From Aulosira sp. ZfuVER01 (GTDB taxonomy: Bacteria > Cyanobacteriota > Cyanobacteriia > Cyanobacteriales > Nostocaceae): a stretch of DNA of 64,000 nt. The position numbers and the translations under genes were made by a program. The stretch covers positions 1 to 64,000 of the forward strand of contig JAVRCV020000008.1 of NCBI GenBank assembly GCA_034530615.2, in the 5' to 3' direction. The notes beneath the pieces were generated by a model, which ran no database searches, had not been told where the DNA came from, and saw only the letters and a program-made list of their open reading frames with translations. Numbering within the stretch: position 1 is the stretch's first letter; each line of letters begins with the position of its first letter. Positions 61,379 to 64,000 of this stretch are shown in pieces.

Positions 61379-62800
61379 CTATTCCAACTTGTAAGCACTC
61401 TTAGCCAAGTCATAAACCAAAGCCTGCGCCATTTCGTAACCTTCCTCCTCCTCAACTAACCCACGCACTACCAATCCAGCTAACCAATTACAAGCAACAC
61501 GCCGCCAAACATTATGACGGGCAGGAATGGAAACAAAAGCCCGTGTATCATCATTAAACCCAGCAGTATTGTAAAGACCAGCAGTTTCCATCACCCGATC
61601 GAAGTAACGCTCCATACCATTCACACTGTCGTGAAACCACCAAGGCGGCCCAAGCAGTACAGCGGGATAATGACCAGCTAGTGGCGCTAATTCCCGGCTG
61701 TATGTGCTTTCATCCATGCCAAATAGAATTAAATGGAAGTCTTTATGATTACCGTAAGCTGATAACAACGGACGTAGATTTTGAGTCCACTCTAGTTGCA
61801 ATGGGATATCAGCACCTTTATCAGACTCAAACCGTTCAAAGATTGCTGGATTATGGTTGCGTGTGACACCACAATGCATTTGCATGACTAAGCCATCTTC
61901 CACACTCATCCGAGCCATTTCCATGAACATATGACCCGTAAATTGCTGCGCATCAAATGAATTTAGCTTGCCAGCTAATGCTCTAGCAAAAATAGCTTCG
62001 GCTTCTTGATCAGACAGTTGCGTGGTATAAGGTGTAGCTGCACTGTGGTCAGTAGCAGTCGCACCCATTTTTTTGAAGTAAGCCCGACGTTCTTCTAAAA
62101 CCTGGATAAAAGTAGCGTAATTGCTGATTTCCCTCCCGACAGTGCTTTCCAACTTGGCAAGATTTTCGCGCCAACCGGGAGTATCTAAATTAACTACTGC
62201 ATCTGGACGAAAGGTAGGTCTAATTTGAGTCCAACCCTCTTGATGTAAAGATTGATGGTGTTCAAGGCGATCGCTAGCTGCATCGGTGGTACAAAGTACT
62301 TCAATATGAAAGCGTTTAAATAAAGCCCGTGGTGAGAACTCAGGCAAAGCTAACTGTCTTTCCAGATAATCATAAATATGTCCAGCATTGCGAGAATTTA
62401 AAGGCTCATCCACCCCAAAGACGTTGGTTAGTTCTTCTTTCAACCACAAGCCGGAGGGAGTTCCCCGGAATAGGTAAAAATGGTCTGCAAAAAGTTGCCA
62501 GATTTTACGATGATCTGTTTCCACTGGCGAACCATCAGTGGTAGGTATGCCAAGAGCTTCTAGAGATATGCCCCGACTATAAAGCATACGGAAAACGTAG
62601 TGGTCGGGGATAATTAATAATTCCGTTGGCGAACCAAAACGGGCGGCTGGATCGGATAGCAAAGCTGGGTCAACATGACCGTGGGGACAGACAATTGGTG
62701 AAGAGGAGATACTGTCAAAAAATTTACGAGCTAGTTGTCGTTGAATTGGGTCTGGAGCAAAACAGCGATCGCGTGATAAACTCCATGTTTTAGTGAACAT
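61379..62800 (-). CDS. uxaC: glucuronate (uronate) isomerase
   Basis: PHGHVDP, PDHYVFRML, LCTTD, PTFRPD, TDH, MQMH.G..RN, GPPWWFHD, FNDDTRAF.SIPARH. Confidence 0.93.
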   Translation of the reverse strand: MFTKTWSLSRDRCFAPDPIQRQLARKFFDSISSSPIVCPHGHVDPALLSDPAARFGSPTELLIIPDHYVFRMLYSRGISLEALGIPTTDGSPVETDHRKIWQLFADHFYLFRGTPSGLWLKEELTNVFGVDEPLNSRNAGHIYDYLERQLALPEFSPRALFKRFHIEVLCTTDAASDRLEHHQSLHQEGWTQIRPTFRPDAVVNLDTPGWRENLAKLESTVGREISNYATFIQVLEERRAYFKKMGATATDHSAATPYTTQLSDQEAEAIFARALAGKLNSFDAQQFTGHMFMEMARMSVEDGLVMQMHCGVTRNHNPAIFERFESDKGADIPLQLEWTQNLRPLLSAYGNHKDFHLILFGMDESTYSRELAPLAGHYPAVLLGPPWWFHDSVNGMERYFDRVMETAGLYNTAGFNDDTRAFVSIPARHNVWRRVACNWLAGLVVRGLVEEEEGYEMAQALVYDLAKSAYKLE

Positions 62801-62828
62801 ATTTTTGTCTAGTTAAAGTTAGTTGATT

Positions 62829-63040
62829 GAAGGCAGAGGGCAAGGAGCAGGAGGCAGAATGGAAGAAAGATAAGAGGGTTAGTTTTATGTTTTATGCCTG
62901 AGGGTTTCAAGTTTATGAATTTATTGGTTTATTCCTTTCTCCTGTTTATAAATACTTAGAAACTCACCAATTCAGATAACTATTTAAAGAATCATAAATG
63001 AGTTCAAACCTTCTGCCTCTGCCCTCTGCCTCCTGCCTTC
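62829..63040. repeat. inverted GGCAGAG heptamer arms flanking an AT-rich spacer
   Basis: aaggcagagggcaaggagcaggaggcagaa ... ttctgcctctgccctctgcctcctgcctt. Confidence 0.65.
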
Positions 63041-64000
63041 TCATTCACTTGGCTGTAATTCTTGACCTGTTATCAATCTTGCTCCCCGTTTGCGGGTGAC
63101 ATAATTCCATGCCCACTGGAGCATTACGATTAATTTATTGTCAAATTCGATTAAGAAGTAGATATGAATAAATAGCCAAAATAGCCATGCAATGAAATCT
63201 GTAAGTTTGATAAAGCCTAAATCTACAACGGCGGAATTATGACCAATCATCGCTAAACTGCCGCGGTCGATGTAAGAAAATTGTGGCAAGGTTTTATTGT
63301 GTAGTCGCTGTTTAATTAATGCCGCTACATATTCCCCTTCCTGCTTGGCTACAGGTGCAACTCCAGGTAGAGGTTTACCAGTTTGATGAGAGAAATTGGC
63401 TAAGTCTCCAATTACAAAAATATTCGGATAGCCTTTAATACTTAAGTCAGGTTCAACGATGACTCGCCCGACGCGATCGCATTCTACACCTGTGCGTTCT
63501 GCTAATACTTTCCCAATTGGCGAAGCTTGAACGCCTGCTGCCCACAATATTGTTTTTGAGGCAATCTTTTTCTCTTCATCTTCTTGTTTGATGGTAACAA
63601 TATCATTTTCAATATTTGTTACCAAGGTTTTTGTTTGCACCTCCACACCAAATCGTCGCAGAGATGCTTCTGCTGTTTGTGATAATTCTGGTGCATAAGG
63701 TGGCAAAATGCGATCCATACCTTCTAAAAGTAGAATTTTTGTTTCTGAAGTATCGATGTTACGAAAATCTTGTTTGAGGGTTTCGTATGCTAAATCTGCG
63801 AGTGCGCCAGCTAACTCTACACCTGTGGGGCCACCACCAACAATCACAAAAGTTAACCAAGCACGGCGTTTTTCTAAATCTGTTTCTTTTTCTGCTGCTT
63901 CAAATGCCATAAAAATTCGGCGGCGCATTTCGATAGCATCTTCTACAGTTTTCAAACCAGGGGCAAATTCTTCCCATTTATCTTTACCAAAATAGGAATG
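63041..64000 (-). CDS. type II NADH dehydrogenase (5' end outside the window)
   Basis: APGLKTVEDA, VGGGPTGVELAG, WAAGV, IGD, PGVAPVA.Q, G..A.IG, AW..WL.IH. Confidence 0.93.
   Translation of the reverse strand, partial: HSYFGKDKWEEFAPGLKTVEDAIEMRRRIFMAFEAAEKETDLEKRRAWLTFVIVGGGPTGVELAGALADLAYETLKQDFRNIDTSETKILLLEGMDRILPPYAPELSQTAEASLRRFGVEVQTKTLVTNIENDIVTIKQEDEEKKIASKTILWAAGVQASPIGKVLAERTGVECDRVGRVIVEPDLSIKGYPNIFVIGDLANFSHQTGKPLPGVAPVAKQEGEYVAALIKQRLHNKTLPQFSYIDRGSLAMIGHNSAVVDLGFIKLTDFIAWLFWLFIHIYFLIEFDNKLIVMLQWAWNYVTRKRGARLITGQELQPSE

Larger units (their letters stand above)
848..63480. repeat. HIP1 octamer GCGATCGC, dispersed in dozens of copies
   Basis: e.g. near 849, 1768, 2240, 3711, 4540, 7761, 34789, 34816, 63473. 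Confidence 0.95.

Overview
A 64 kb chromosomal segment from a filamentous, probably heterocystous cyanobacterium (Nostocales-like). This is inferred from very frequent HIP1 octamers (GCGATCGC), heptamer STRR repeats, and sasA, psb35-like, nifJ and PEP-CTERM genes. Most of the window is housekeeping or metabolic genes (nifJ with a DHOD-like partner, GH100 invertases, rsmB, PBP1A, folK, photolyase, era, trhO, tRNA-Ala, sasA, type-II NADH dehydrogenase), mixed with accessory genes, three pseudogenes and many small nested mobile repeats. Five observations stand out. (1) A tandem alkaline/neutral invertase pair whose second, intact copy has both catalytic acids (D188, E414) replaced by Gln, a candidate pseudo-invertase or sucrose sensor. 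(2) A divergent Lgt paralog, a tetraether-synthase (Tes/MJ0619)-like radical SAM enzyme and a small Cys-bearing membrane protein in one co-directional run, a candidate unknown lipid or lipoprotein modification system. (3) An NLR-like NB-ARC protein with 18 DNA-level tandem repeats whose variation is concentrated in one short window. (4) A uxaC-uxuB-larA-like operon suggesting glucuronate catabolism through mannonate-to-gluconate epimerisation. (5) A 125-aa protein that is 46% Met+Cys. All calls come from motif recognition by eye; no database searches were run.
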